This document shows positions 10,044 to 18,479 of a DNA stretch of 64,000 nt, piece by piece. The notes beneath the pieces were generated by a model. The model saw only the letters and a list, made by a program, of their open reading frames with translations, was not told the origin of the DNA and did no database searches. Positions within the stretch are counted from its first letter, which is position 1. Every line of letters begins with the position of its first letter. Source of the stretch: a virus (taxonomy: Duplodnaviria; Caudoviricetes); IMG/VR virus record IMGVR_UViG_3300015050_000935, positions 5,095-69,094 of that record; one strand, 5' to 3'. The position numbers and the translations under genes are program-made.

Positions 10044-10730
10044 TTATCCTGCGTCTGCGATAGACGTGACCGCCCTGATTTTCGGCAGATAGCTGCTGTA
10101 TGTGTAATACAGGCCGCTTGATCCGCCCGCAGGGTATAGGCCGCCACCCACCCACGTGGTGCCCGGCGCATTGTTGAACACCGCAGCGTAGCCACTCGCG
10201 CCGAAAATATCACAATCTCGGATTTTGAGCGCGCGAATCCCGACGGGGGATGATGTTTTCAGCGACCCGTCCACCAGTAGACTATTCGTCCACAGATCGG
10301 TGGACGCCGAGAGCAGCAGGCTGTCCAGCAGATGGCGGTCGCTGTTCTGTGTCGCGCTGGCGAGAATGGCCAGCCCAGCGCCGCCGGACGTGCCCGGTGC
10401 CGCCGTCAGGCAGAAGTGCGACAGAACGCACCCGTGCGTTCCCGGCATGATCGTCAGGATGCCTTTGCCGGGGGTGCCGTTGTGATTGCGCAGCAGCACC
10501 GTGCGCGGGTTGCAGTCTCCGAACAGATTGATGGGGGCCGCGATGTCCGGCAGCGGGCTGTCCAACCGGTAGGTGCCGATCGGGATGTAGCCCCGGCGGA
10601 CGGGGCTGGCCATCAGTCGCGTCAGGAAGTCGGCAACGGCTGGCTGGGCATCCGAAAGCCCGTCGTTCGGCGCATCCAAAACGAGACAATCCGCCGCCGC
10701 CGAATTTTCTCCGCCGATAGGAAACAGCAT
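10044..10730 (-). CDS. Pectate-lyase-like beta-helix protein (tailspike-type domain)
   Basis: GYIPIGTYRLDSPL...INLFGD...TVL beta-helix start. Confidence 0.55.
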   Translation of the reverse strand: MLFPIGGENSAAADCLVLDAPNDGLSDAQPAVADFLTRLMASPVRRGYIPIGTYRLDSPLPDIAAPINLFGDCNPRTVLLRNHNGTPGKGILTIMPGTHGCVLSHFCLTAAPGTSGGAGLAILASATQNSDRHLLDSLLLSASTDLWTNSLLVDGSLKTSSPVGIRALKIRDCDIFGASGYAAVFNNAPGTTWVGGGLYPAGGSSGLYYTYSSYLPKIRAVTSIADAG

Positions 10731-11197
10731 CAGATCACCCGGTAGGTGAACGTGAACGGATACCGCTGCGCCACAGCCGATTTCGGCATCATGTACATGG
10801 TCGCGCGATCATTCGTTGGGTCGCCGACCAGAGAGCCGATTTCGGTGGTGTTGCCCGCGATTCCGGCCAGTTCGCTCCCGTTGACGTCAGAAAAATTCGA
10901 CGCGATGGGCAGCGAGATTCCCACCGTCGTGAGGACGTTCGCCGCGACCGGATCAACGTCGATGAACCCGCCTACGTGAACGACGTTGCCCACCCGGAGA
11001 TACTGGCAGAGATAGGCAACCGTCGAGGCCACGTTGGCCCCCGGCGCGATCGTTGGGGTGTACGTGCCGCTGTCGAGTGTGATGGACGGCCCACCGCCAC
11101 CACCCGGTGGATGCGCGAGCAGATAGGCGTCCACGATGGCCTGAATCGCCTCGTCTGGAATTTCGAGCGTGCGGGTTTCCGTGATGGGAATCGTCAT
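10730..11197 (-). CDS. Tail-fibre-related protein
   Basis: Start moved to ATG 11197 after AAAGGA; SGTYTPT...YLRVGNVVHV fibre C-terminal motif. Confidence 0.6.
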   Translation of the reverse strand: MTIPITETRTLEIPDEAIQAIVDAYLLAHPPGGGGGPSITLDSGTYTPTIAPGANVASTVAYLCQYLRVGNVVHVGGFIDVDPVAANVLTTVGISLPIASNFSDVNGSELAGIAGNTTEIGSLVGDPTNDRATMYMMPKSAVAQRYPFTFTYRVI

Positions 11198-11207
11198 GGC
11201 GGTCCTT

Positions 11208-11999
11208 TCAGGGACAGTATGGGTTCGTCGGAACGGAAATCGTGGTGCCGGTCCACCCTCGATCCGTGCCAACGCTGATGCGCCACTCGTCAAGGAAACC
11301 ATTCCACGGCGTGGATGTGTTCTCACCGATGCGTCCGATCGAGAACTTGTTGGCGCTGTTGAATATCGTCCCTGAGAACGCCGCCGTCGCCTCGCGAGTC
11401 CCGTCGATATAGAGATTTACGTTCGAGCCGGTGAAGGACACGGCGTACCAATGCCATCCCGGCGTCGTGATCGCGGTGGTGCCCGTCAGGGATGAATAGT
11501 TTGCCCCTGTCGTAGTCCAGACAAGGCCCATCGTGTTCGCCGCGGTGATCGTGCCGCCGACGGAAAAATTGGCCGAGGCCGCATCGGCCTGACCGAACAT
11601 ATTGCGCTGCGCGCCCGAACCGCCGCTAACGTAGAACCAGCCGTCAATGGCGGCGACTGTCCCAAACGTGAAATTCGCGCTGTCAGGCGTATCGACGTAT
11701 CCGGCACCAGCACCGGTGGAGAGCGAGGTTGGCGAGAACTTGAACTGTGTCGTGCTCGTGACCGCCGCGCCGTTCGCCGTCCACGTCTGCGCCGCGCCGC
11801 CGGCGTTCGTGTCGGTGATCGTTGTGCCGCCGTTCGAGCCAGTGAAGTGCAGCAGCGATTTCGTGAAACTGTCATTGCCGAGTTGGGTGCAGGACGCACC
11901 GAGGCCGGGGCCGGGGAACATAACCGACGGCTGGCCTGCGAGGGCCGCGCCTCCGATCAGGAGCCACAGAAAAGTGGAGAATGCTGCGATGCGCTTCAT
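11208..11999 (-). CDS. LamG/concanavalin-A-like lectin domain protein with signal-peptide-like N-terminus
   Basis: SLLHFTG...IDGWFY...WHWYAV...LYIDG...NGFLDEWRIS; MKRIAAFSTFLWLLIGGAALA-GQ. Confidence 0.75.
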   Translation of the reverse strand: MKRIAAFSTFLWLLIGGAALAGQPSVMFPGPGLGASCTQLGNDSFTKSLLHFTGSNGGTTITDTNAGGAAQTWTANGAAVTSTTQFKFSPTSLSTGAGAGYVDTPDSANFTFGTVAAIDGWFYVSGGSGAQRNMFGQADAASANFSVGGTITAANTMGLVWTTTGANYSSLTGTTAITTPGWHWYAVSFTGSNVNLYIDGTREATAAFSGTIFNSANKFSIGRIGENTSTPWNGFLDEWRISVGTDRGWTGTTISVPTNPYCP

Positions 12000-13759
12000 T
12001 ATCGGACCACCACCCAGTTCAAGGTGATCGCGCCCGGCGTGATCGAGGCCGCAGTGTTATTGCAGACCTTGAAATTCACATTGTTCGCGCTCGGATAGGC
12101 CACGATCGTGAGCATCCCGGTGGTCAGCGGCACATAGCCGGTCACTGCCGTGGGGTCGCCGTTGAACGAGGCGTTCACGGTGTCGGTGGTCGCCACACCG
12201 GTCGCCGCCGTCGTGACCACGGTGGCGCAGGTGGCCGACGAAATCGCGCCGGTGCCCAACGCCGAGGTGCCCTTGGCGATCAGGATGGCCGGAGCGCCTG
12301 CGGAGCCGGTGTTGACGGCCAGAGCAGTCGCGATGCCGGTGCCGAGGCCCGAGATACCCGTGCTGACCGGCAATCCCGTGGCGTTGGAGAGCGTGCCGGA
12401 CGACGGGGTGCCCAGAGCGCCATTGAACGTCACGAACGCGCCAGCGGAGCCGACGTTGATGCCCAGCGCCGTCAGAACGCCGGTGCCGGTGGTGTTCGAG
12501 GCAGGGCAGGCTCCCGCGCCACCGCCAGTCAGGATAGCATTGGATGCCAGCAACGCCGACGATGCCCACGTGCTGGTCGAGGTGAAGCACACCACGCCGC
12601 CCGAGGTGCCCGCCACGGTGAACGCAGGGGTGGTGGTCGGGGTTCCGACCGACACGATGCCACCGGTCCAGCCCACGCTGGTGACAGTTCCGCCGCCCGC
12701 CGAGGCCACCCATGACGTGACGCCGGAGCCGTTGGTTTGCAGAACATAGGTGTTCGTGCCGTTATCCGGGGGCAACTGGAAAATCGTTCCGGTGCCCGCC
12801 GCTGCGCCGACACGTAGGGTCGCGCTGCCGGAGGTCGATCCGTTCAGGGTGAACTGGCCTCCGGTGCCGCCGTTGGCGCCGAGGGTTGGCTGCGCGGTCG
12901 CCGAAATGACGTTCGCGGTGCCTGCGTTCAAGATCGTGCCCGCCGCCGCAGTGCTCGGATAGGTCGCGGTGGACCACGATGGCGCGGCGTTCGCGCCGGA
13001 GCGTGGGATTTGCCCAGCCGTCGCCGTGCCTGCAAGGATCGCGAGAGACGATCCGTTGGAATAAACAAGGCCGCCGTTCGAGGCCGTGAGGCTCGCGCCG
13101 GTGCCGCCGCGCGTCAGACCCAACTGCCCGGTCCAACCCAGCGTCAGGGACGTTGCGCCGAGGAGCGCCGTGTTCGGCGCGCCGCCCAGCGTCAGGGTCA
13201 CGTTCGTGTCGTCAACCTTGGTGAGAGCGGACCCGGTGACGGAAACGACGCCAGCCGCACTGACGTTGATCGGCGGGGTGCCGGTGATCGCACCGCCGCC
13301 GCTCGATGTCACGCAGGTGGGGCAGGTCAGGACGCCGGTGTTCAGATCAAGCGCCAGAGGACCGGTGGCCCCGGCTGCAAACGTGCCGGAGGTGTTGGGG
13401 AGCAGCAGAGTGGGCGTACCGGCGACCGCCTGTGGCCGCACAGTAGCCGTGCCGGAGGTGTTGCCAGCGAATCCCATCGACCCAAGCGTGGTGCCGGGAA
13501 TTCCGAGGATCGGCGTTGGCGTGGCCTGTGGGGCCGCCGTGGCACTGGTCGGATTGCCGATGACCGTGCCGCCCGCGATCGGCGCGAGGATGCCCGGCGT
13601 CGGCGTGATCGGACCCGGCAGTCCGGTGGAGCCCGAGGCGTTGCCGCAAATCTTCCCGGCGCCGAACTGTCCAGAGCACCCGGATTGCGCGAGTGCAGGT
13701 CCTGCCCACAGGAAGGCGGCGACCAGTCCGGCTGCGATGATCTTAGAAAGCCGCGTCAT
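11999..13759 (-). CDS. Gly/Thr/Ala-rich fibre-like protein, 586 aa, with signal-peptide-like N-terminus
   Basis: Composition, fibre-type repeats; MTRLSKIIAAGLVAAFLWAGPALA-QS. Confidence 0.65.
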   Translation of the reverse strand: MTRLSKIIAAGLVAAFLWAGPALAQSGCSGQFGAGKICGNASGSTGLPGPITPTPGILAPIAGGTVIGNPTSATAAPQATPTPILGIPGTTLGSMGFAGNTSGTATVRPQAVAGTPTLLLPNTSGTFAAGATGPLALDLNTGVLTCPTCVTSSGGGAITGTPPINVSAAGVVSVTGSALTKVDDTNVTLTLGGAPNTALLGATSLTLGWTGQLGLTRGGTGASLTASNGGLVYSNGSSLAILAGTATAGQIPRSGANAAPSWSTATYPSTAAAGTILNAGTANVISATAQPTLGANGGTGGQFTLNGSTSGSATLRVGAAAGTGTIFQLPPDNGTNTYVLQTNGSGVTSWVASAGGGTVTSVGWTGGIVSVGTPTTTPAFTVAGTSGGVVCFTSTSTWASSALLASNAILTGGGAGACPASNTTGTGVLTALGINVGSAGAFVTFNGALGTPSSGTLSNATGLPVSTGISGLGTGIATALAVNTGSAGAPAILIAKGTSALGTGAISSATCATVVTTAATGVATTDTVNASFNGDPTAVTGYVPLTTGMLTIVAYPSANNVNFKVCNNTAASITPGAITLNWVVVR

Positions 13760-14234
13760 ACCAGTTTCCTGCTGCGAGGGGATTAAACCAGAAATACCCG
13801 AACGGGTTATTGATGACCACCTGTGTCAGGCCGTCCATCGTGTCGCCACCGGAGAACGTGATCGTGATGGGGTTAGTGTCAGCGTCGCCCTTGAGGTCCT
13901 TGATCAGCACCGGGGCCTGGAACGTGCTGGCCGGGTCAAGCTCGATGTAGGTGGGCGCGCCGATCGTCTTGTTGACCAGCACACGTAGTATTGTCGGGTC
14001 AACCGGGAACGGGTCGCCGATGTCAGCGCCGTCCGTGACGAACGTAGGCGTGGCGATCAGACCGATGATGAACTGCGTGAGAATCAACGCCGTGACCGAA
14101 TAGTTGATGCCGAGCGCGGCGTTGCCCGGCGCCACCACCTCGAACAACTCCGTCCCGTCGAACGGGCCGGGGAACGACGGCAGATCGGTCATCTGGCCGC
14201 CAGTGAAAATGCCGAGTGTGTCCTGCTGCGCCAT
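13743..14234 (-). CDS. Tail-region hypothetical protein
   Basis: ORF in the operon; IKDLKGDADTNPITIT motif seen in fibre-adjacent proteins. Confidence 0.6.
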   Translation of the reverse strand: MAQQDTLGIFTGGQMTDLPSFPGPFDGTELFEVVAPGNAALGINYSVTALILTQFIIGLIATPTFVTDGADIGDPFPVDPTILRVLVNKTIGAPTYIELDPASTFQAPVLIKDLKGDADTNPITITFSGGDTMDGLTQVVINNPFGYFWFNPLAAGNWYDAAF

Positions 14235-14236
14235 CG

Positions 14237-14602
14237 TCAGTCCGTGTTGTAATAGCGATTGGCCTGCAACGAGCGGGAGCAGGTGCTGCGTTCAAGATAC
14301 CGTGGCTGGCCACCTTGGAGCAACCGCGGCCAGATTTCGTCAATCGGGTACGGCTCGGGCCGCGCGTTCATCACCGGCATCGGGTCCGGCGGCAGGATGA
14401 TGGTGCCAAGCTGGCGCTGCAATTCGTCCAGACAGTCGTCGCAAACCAGCAGGTTCGTGTTCTGGATTTGCGTGCCGCGCCATTCGTACTGGAATTGCAG
14501 TTTGTCGTGGTTCGTGACGAACCCGCACCGCTGACACGTCGCCCACGCTCGCGGGCTCTGCGAGTTAGTTTCTGCGCGCCGTGGATGCGGACGATTCGCC
14601 AT
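14237..14602 (-). CDS. Conserved phage protein with two CxxC pairs
   Basis: ATCQRCG...LVCDDCLD..QRQL...PPDP.PV.NARP. Confidence 0.65.
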   Translation of the reverse strand: MANRPHPRRAETNSQSPRAWATCQRCGFVTNHDKLQFQYEWRGTQIQNTNLLVCDDCLDELQRQLGTIILPPDPMPVMNARPEPYPIDEIWPRLLQGGQPRYLERSTCSRSLQANRYYNTD

Positions 14603-14605
14603 GTT

Positions 14606-15301
14606 TCACCGCCGATAGTAAGTGCCGATACCGGGCGCCAGATTGAACGGGACGTTCTCGGTATCCTGGCTCGCCGCCACCTTCCACGCCTCGATCGCGT
14701 CGGCTTTGCGGATCGCCTCCAGATCGCGAGCATACACGCGCGACAGCCGATGCGACATGCCCGCCGCGAACCAGTCCAGCCACCGATACGGCAGGTCAGG
14801 CGTTTCGCCGCCCGCCAGATTGGCGTCCTGCATCTGCACGCACGCGAAATAGTTGAACGTCCGCACCGCGCCGCCATCCGGCACCGGCCACAACGTCACC
14901 GTCGGCGCAATCAGCCGGTCGAACCAGAACGTGGTCGGCGGCCCCTGCGTGCTCTTTTGCGAGAAACTGGCAAATTCGGTACGGCTGATCGGGGTGATGT
15001 AGCGGTCATTCTGTGTGACCTGTCCGGCGTTCACTCTGATCCACGCATCCAGCACCATCACCACGCGCGCCGGGATGCTGTAGGTCGCGGTGCCCTGCAC
15101 AAGGTCGATCGAAAGCTGTTCCACCTTCCACAGGTTGACTTGCTTGTTGGCCGCTTCTGACAGCAGGAAATTCAACTCACGGCGCGCGGTCAGCATGTGC
15201 TCGACGCGCAGCGACGGCGCGCGAATCCCGATGCGCTCAAACGCTGCGAGGACAATTTCGCCGTTGGTGGCCGAGAAATTATAGGTGCCAGACGAGGCCA
15301 T
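14606..15301 (-). CDS. Head-tail connector/tail tubular protein A-like
   Basis: MASSGTYNFS...EIVLAAFERIG...ARRELNFLLSE..NKQVNLW; position after head genes. Confidence 0.65.
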   Translation of the reverse strand: MASSGTYNFSATNGEIVLAAFERIGIRAPSLRVEHMLTARRELNFLLSEAANKQVNLWKVEQLSIDLVQGTATYSIPARVVMVLDAWIRVNAGQVTQNDRYITPISRTEFASFSQKSTQGPPTTFWFDRLIAPTVTLWPVPDGGAVRTFNYFACVQMQDANLAGGETPDLPYRWLDWFAAGMSHRLSRVYARDLEAIRKADAIEAWKVAASQDTENVPFNLAPGIGTYYRR

Positions 15302-15310
15302 GCCGGCTCC

Positions 15311-15640
15311 TCAGTTCGTGGAGAAGCCCTGCAACACGGTCATTTTCAGCGTGCCGCCGGACAGGGCCGCGATGACGACGCGCACGCGGGTTACCGGAGC
15401 GGTGATCTGGCCGTCCTTGGTCGCCGCCGTGGCCGCCGCAAACGTGGTGCTGTCGAACCATGACGCATCATTGTCGGTCTGGGTCGGGGTCAGTTCATCA
15501 TAGGTGTACTGGAGTTTGTACGAGACTGTGCCCGCGCTCAGGACGAACGCCACCGACGCATTGAACGGAACAATGGAAGGGTCCAGATTCCACGACTGCT
15601 TGGTGCCGGTGGTGCTGTACGTCTCGGTGCGGGAGAGCAT
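15311..15640 (-). CDS. Hypothetical structural-region protein, 109 aa
   Basis: ORF with AGGA upstream. Confidence 0.6.
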   Translation of the reverse strand: MLSRTETYSTTGTKQSWNLDPSIVPFNASVAFVLSAGTVSYKLQYTYDELTPTQTDNDASWFDSTTFAAATAATKDGQITAPVTRVRVVIAALSGGTLKMTVLQGFSTN

Positions 15641-15665
15641 GTCGCGATCCTCGTGTAAGGCCGCC

Positions 15666-15866
15666 TTACTCGCCCTTCCCGATGTCGGGGTATTTGCGAT
15701 GCACCGCGGCGCGGACTTTGGCTTTTAGCTCCGGGTATCCGTGCTGACTGACCCGAGACAGCGCGTTCCGTGCATGGTTCATATCGTTGATCGGGTAGGA
15801 CCGATCAGGACCGGCAAAATCGCTGGCGGGCAACGCATCGCGCTGTTTGCCCGTCAGCTTGCTCAT
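15666..15866 (-). CDS. Small conserved phage protein (DUF6582-like)
   Basis: LTGKQRDALPASDFAGPDRSYPINDMNHARNALSRV. Confidence 0.65.
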   Translation of the reverse strand: MSKLTGKQRDALPASDFAGPDRSYPINDMNHARNALSRVSQHGYPELKAKVRAAVHRKYPDIGKGE

Positions 15867-15868
15867 AA

Positions 15869-16129
15869 TCAGTTCGCCTGCTTGCTCGGCGACGTGGTGC
15901 CGTGCGCGCTGGAAAGCGGGGCCTTGTCGGCGCCGACGCGCCCGCCACGCTTGCGGCCAGGACGATCGAGGCGATGTTTCGCCTTGGCTCCGTCGGCCTT
16001 CATGGCCTTCTTTGCCTTGCCGACCTTACCGCCCTTCTTGCGGGCTTCGGCTTCCTTGAACACATCCGGGTTGCCGGACACCTTCATCGGGAGGCCACCG
16101 CCGCCGGCTTTGCAAGTCTTGCCCTTCAT
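15869..16129 (-). CDS. Small basic protein with repeated xxGG motifs (possible core/head protein)
   Basis: K/R-rich; KAGGG, RKKGGKV, RKRGGRV. Confidence 0.65.
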   Translation of the reverse strand: MKGKTCKAGGGGLPMKVSGNPDVFKEAEARKKGGKVGKAKKAMKADGAKAKHRLDRPGRKRGGRVGADKAPLSSAHGTTSPSKQAN

Positions 16130-16143
16130 GGCTCAGTTCCCTT

Positions 16144-16602
16144 TCACTCGAAATCGAGGTTCTGGACGTAGCGGACGGTCACCCGCGTAGAACCGGCGGA
16201 TGTCGCACCGCTGACCGCGACCGTGGCGACCACGCTGGTGTTGTTGTTGATGTCCGCCATCGCCGCCAACTGCGCCGTGGTCGGTGCAATGGCCGCGCGA
16301 GGGTTCGTGTTGGTCTTGACGTCGATGCTGGACACATACTGCGTGCCGAGCGCCGCCGTTCCGATCGTCAGACCTGCGCTGGCTGCCGAATTCCACGCCG
16401 TGGTGGTGTCCGCGAGGAAGTCGAGAATCTGCGAGTTCGGCGGCAGCGTGAACGTCGCGCTGACGTTGTTGGTGCTGTTCTGGTTAAGAACAGCGGTCTG
16501 AGACAGGATTGCCAGCCCGACGTTCGCCGGGCCAGCATTGTCTGCGTACCGGCGCGGGCCGGAGAGAAGCGGCCCATTAAAGGCTGTGCCGGGTGCTGCC
16601 AT
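16144..16602 (-). CDS. Putative head decoration/fibre protein
   Basis: GTAFNGPLLSG start; directly after the capsid gene. Confidence 0.55.
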   Translation of the reverse strand: MAAPGTAFNGPLLSGPRRYADNAGPANVGLAILSQTAVLNQNSTNNVSATFTLPPNSQILDFLADTTTAWNSAASAGLTIGTAALGTQYVSSIDVKTNTNPRAAIAPTTAQLAAMADINNNTSVVATVAVSGATSAGSTRVTVRYVQNLDFE

Positions 16603-16629
16603 CGTTCGATACTCCTGCCTGCCGTCTCG

Positions 16630-17544
16630 TTACGACGTTGGGAATTCGCCCCAAGCGGCGCGCGGGTCATTGTAGCCGAACGAATAACGCTCGTATGCCT
16701 TGACCAGCAGGTTGTCGGTGATGTTGTCCACCCACATGTCGCTTTCGTAGGGAATGCGGAGCATGTGGATAAGTCCCTCGATGTTGGTGGTGAGGAACCA
16801 CGCAAAGTTCGAGGTGAGGAAGTCCATCACGATGAAGCCCTCGGGCAGGCCGCCCGACAGCGTGAGGATGGCGTTGACGTCGTTGTCCGCCGTGCCGGGG
16901 CGCAGTTCCGTCTTGGTGAGGCGGATTGCGACCTGTTCGAGGTTCGGCGGGACGATCAGCCGGCGGGCGCGCGCGAGGATGCGCAGTCCGCGTTCGTTGA
17001 CGAACTGTGTACGCACGTTCGTCATGTTCGCCATCAGCGACGACTCGTTGAGCGACTTCGGCACGGACGAGGTGTTCGCCCACGTGCCAGCGTCATACGG
17101 GTGGTCGGTTGCGAACAGAGCCTTGCCGTCACCGATCTGGGCCGCGTTGTAGACGTTGCCGAGGTTGAGGACGTTGGCGCCCTGAATTTCCTTGAACTGC
17201 GCGAACGCTTCCTGGAGTTTCAGGTTGGTCGGGTTGAACTGCGCCTTGTACAGGTTGTCGTCAATCGCCTTGCGGGTGATCGCGTAACCGAGCGCAACTT
17301 CAATGTGGATGAACGCCCAGGTGAAACGCTCACCTGCGTTGTTGTCGAACTGGGTGGCCGCGCCCTCGTCCTTGAGGAACGGCAGAGCCACGAACGCCAT
17401 CTGCGTCGAACGCTCAACCGCCATCGCGGATTTGTGGGTCTTGAACACCTTGTCCCACTGCCGTGGGATCATGTCATACGAACCACGGACGTCAAACAGG
17501 CCCGGCAGCAGTTCGGAGCGGATATTGGCGAGTGCGACTGGCAT
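16630..17544 (-). CDS. Major capsid protein (Mu gpT-like HK97-fold family)
   Basis: SELLPGL...FIHIEVALGYAIT...LIVPPNLE...WFLTT...YERYSFGYNDPRAAWG; 304 aa; position. Confidence 0.8.
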   Translation of the reverse strand: MPVALANIRSELLPGLFDVRGSYDMIPRQWDKVFKTHKSAMAVERSTQMAFVALPFLKDEGAATQFDNNAGERFTWAFIHIEVALGYAITRKAIDDNLYKAQFNPTNLKLQEAFAQFKEIQGANVLNLGNVYNAAQIGDGKALFATDHPYDAGTWANTSSVPKSLNESSLMANMTNVRTQFVNERGLRILARARRLIVPPNLEQVAIRLTKTELRPGTADNDVNAILTLSGGLPEGFIVMDFLTSNFAWFLTTNIEGLIHMLRIPYESDMWVDNITDNLLVKAYERYSFGYNDPRAAWGEFPTS

Positions 17545-17557
17545 ATCTCAGGCCCCT

Positions 17558-18145
17558 TTATGCGATGCCGACTTGTGAGCGATACGCCTGGTTGTTGAAT
17601 GTGACTTCAACCCAGTTGTATGCGCTGGATGCGTCCGACCCGTTGCCGATGCCCTGATAGAGCCCGACAATCTTGAACGGCGCGGTGGTGGCGGTCGTCA
17701 GCCCGGCCTGGTCGATGGTGGCTCCAGAGAAGCCCCCGCCGATTGCCTGCCCGGTGCCGATGTTCACCGTGATGTTCTCGCCGACGTTTGCGGCGGTGAT
17801 CGCGGTGTTGAGCGCCGCCACGAGGAACTTGGCGTTCGGCGCGTCGATGAAATACGCGGTTGCGGCAACCGCCGCAGCGCCCGGCCACCATGGTGACCAC
17901 TGCGGGATACCAAGGCCACCCACCGGGATGAACTCGCAGCCGACGAACACGCCAGCGATTTGCGTGGTGGTCGCAGCGGCCTGCTCGATGTTGCCGGTGC
18001 TCGCATTGCGGACAACGGGGTCACCGGAGAAAATCTTGGTGGTGTTTGTCGAGAGGATCAGGCCCGATGACTGCTGATAGTCAACGCCTGCTCCCGAGAG
18101 GTAACCGATGTGCCGGAAACCGAACGCGCTTTGGGTGTTGGCCAT
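17558..18145 (-). CDS. Capsid cement/decoration protein
   Basis: MANTQSAFGF...IFSGDPV...GVFVGCEF; start moved to ATG 18145. Confidence 0.7.
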   Translation of the reverse strand: MANTQSAFGFRHIGYLSGAGVDYQQSSGLILSTNTTKIFSGDPVVRNASTGNIEQAAATTTQIAGVFVGCEFIPVGGLGIPQWSPWWPGAAAVAATAYFIDAPNAKFLVAALNTAITAANVGENITVNIGTGQAIGGGFSGATIDQAGLTTATTAPFKIVGLYQGIGNGSDASSAYNWVEVTFNNQAYRSQVGIA

Positions 18146-18317
18146 GGCCAGAACCACTCCTGTTTCAAGGAACGGGCTTTTTCTGGCAGGCATTGCCGGA
18201 AGATTGAGCCGGGAAAAACCACAGCGGCGGCTGCGGGAGAGGTCGGGACACGTGGGCTGTGCGTTATGCCCGGTCCACCGACTGAATTTCTAACCCCGGC
18301 GTGGGGTGTGCCCGGAA

Positions 18318-18347
18318 TCTATACGCAGATTTTTTCGGAACCGTCAA
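18318..18347 (-). promoter_or_regulatory. Putative sigma70-type promoter for the capsid operon
   Basis: TTGACG-N18-TATAGA on the minus strand, just downstream of a terminator. Confidence 0.45.
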
Positions 18348-18355
18348 CAGACATG

Positions 18356-18385
18356 AAAAAACCCGAACCGTTGAAGCGGCTCGGG
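18356..18385 (-). terminator. Intrinsic terminator
   Basis: CCCGAGCCG-CTTCAA-CGGTTCGGG followed by TTTTTT. Confidence 0.75.
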
Positions 18386-18479
18386 CTGGGGAAGTTTAGG
18401 GACGTCGCCAGAGAAACCAGACGAGGTTTCTACAGCCTGCCCATAACGCCACAAGCAGAGCGCGTCCGCAAGCGGATCG

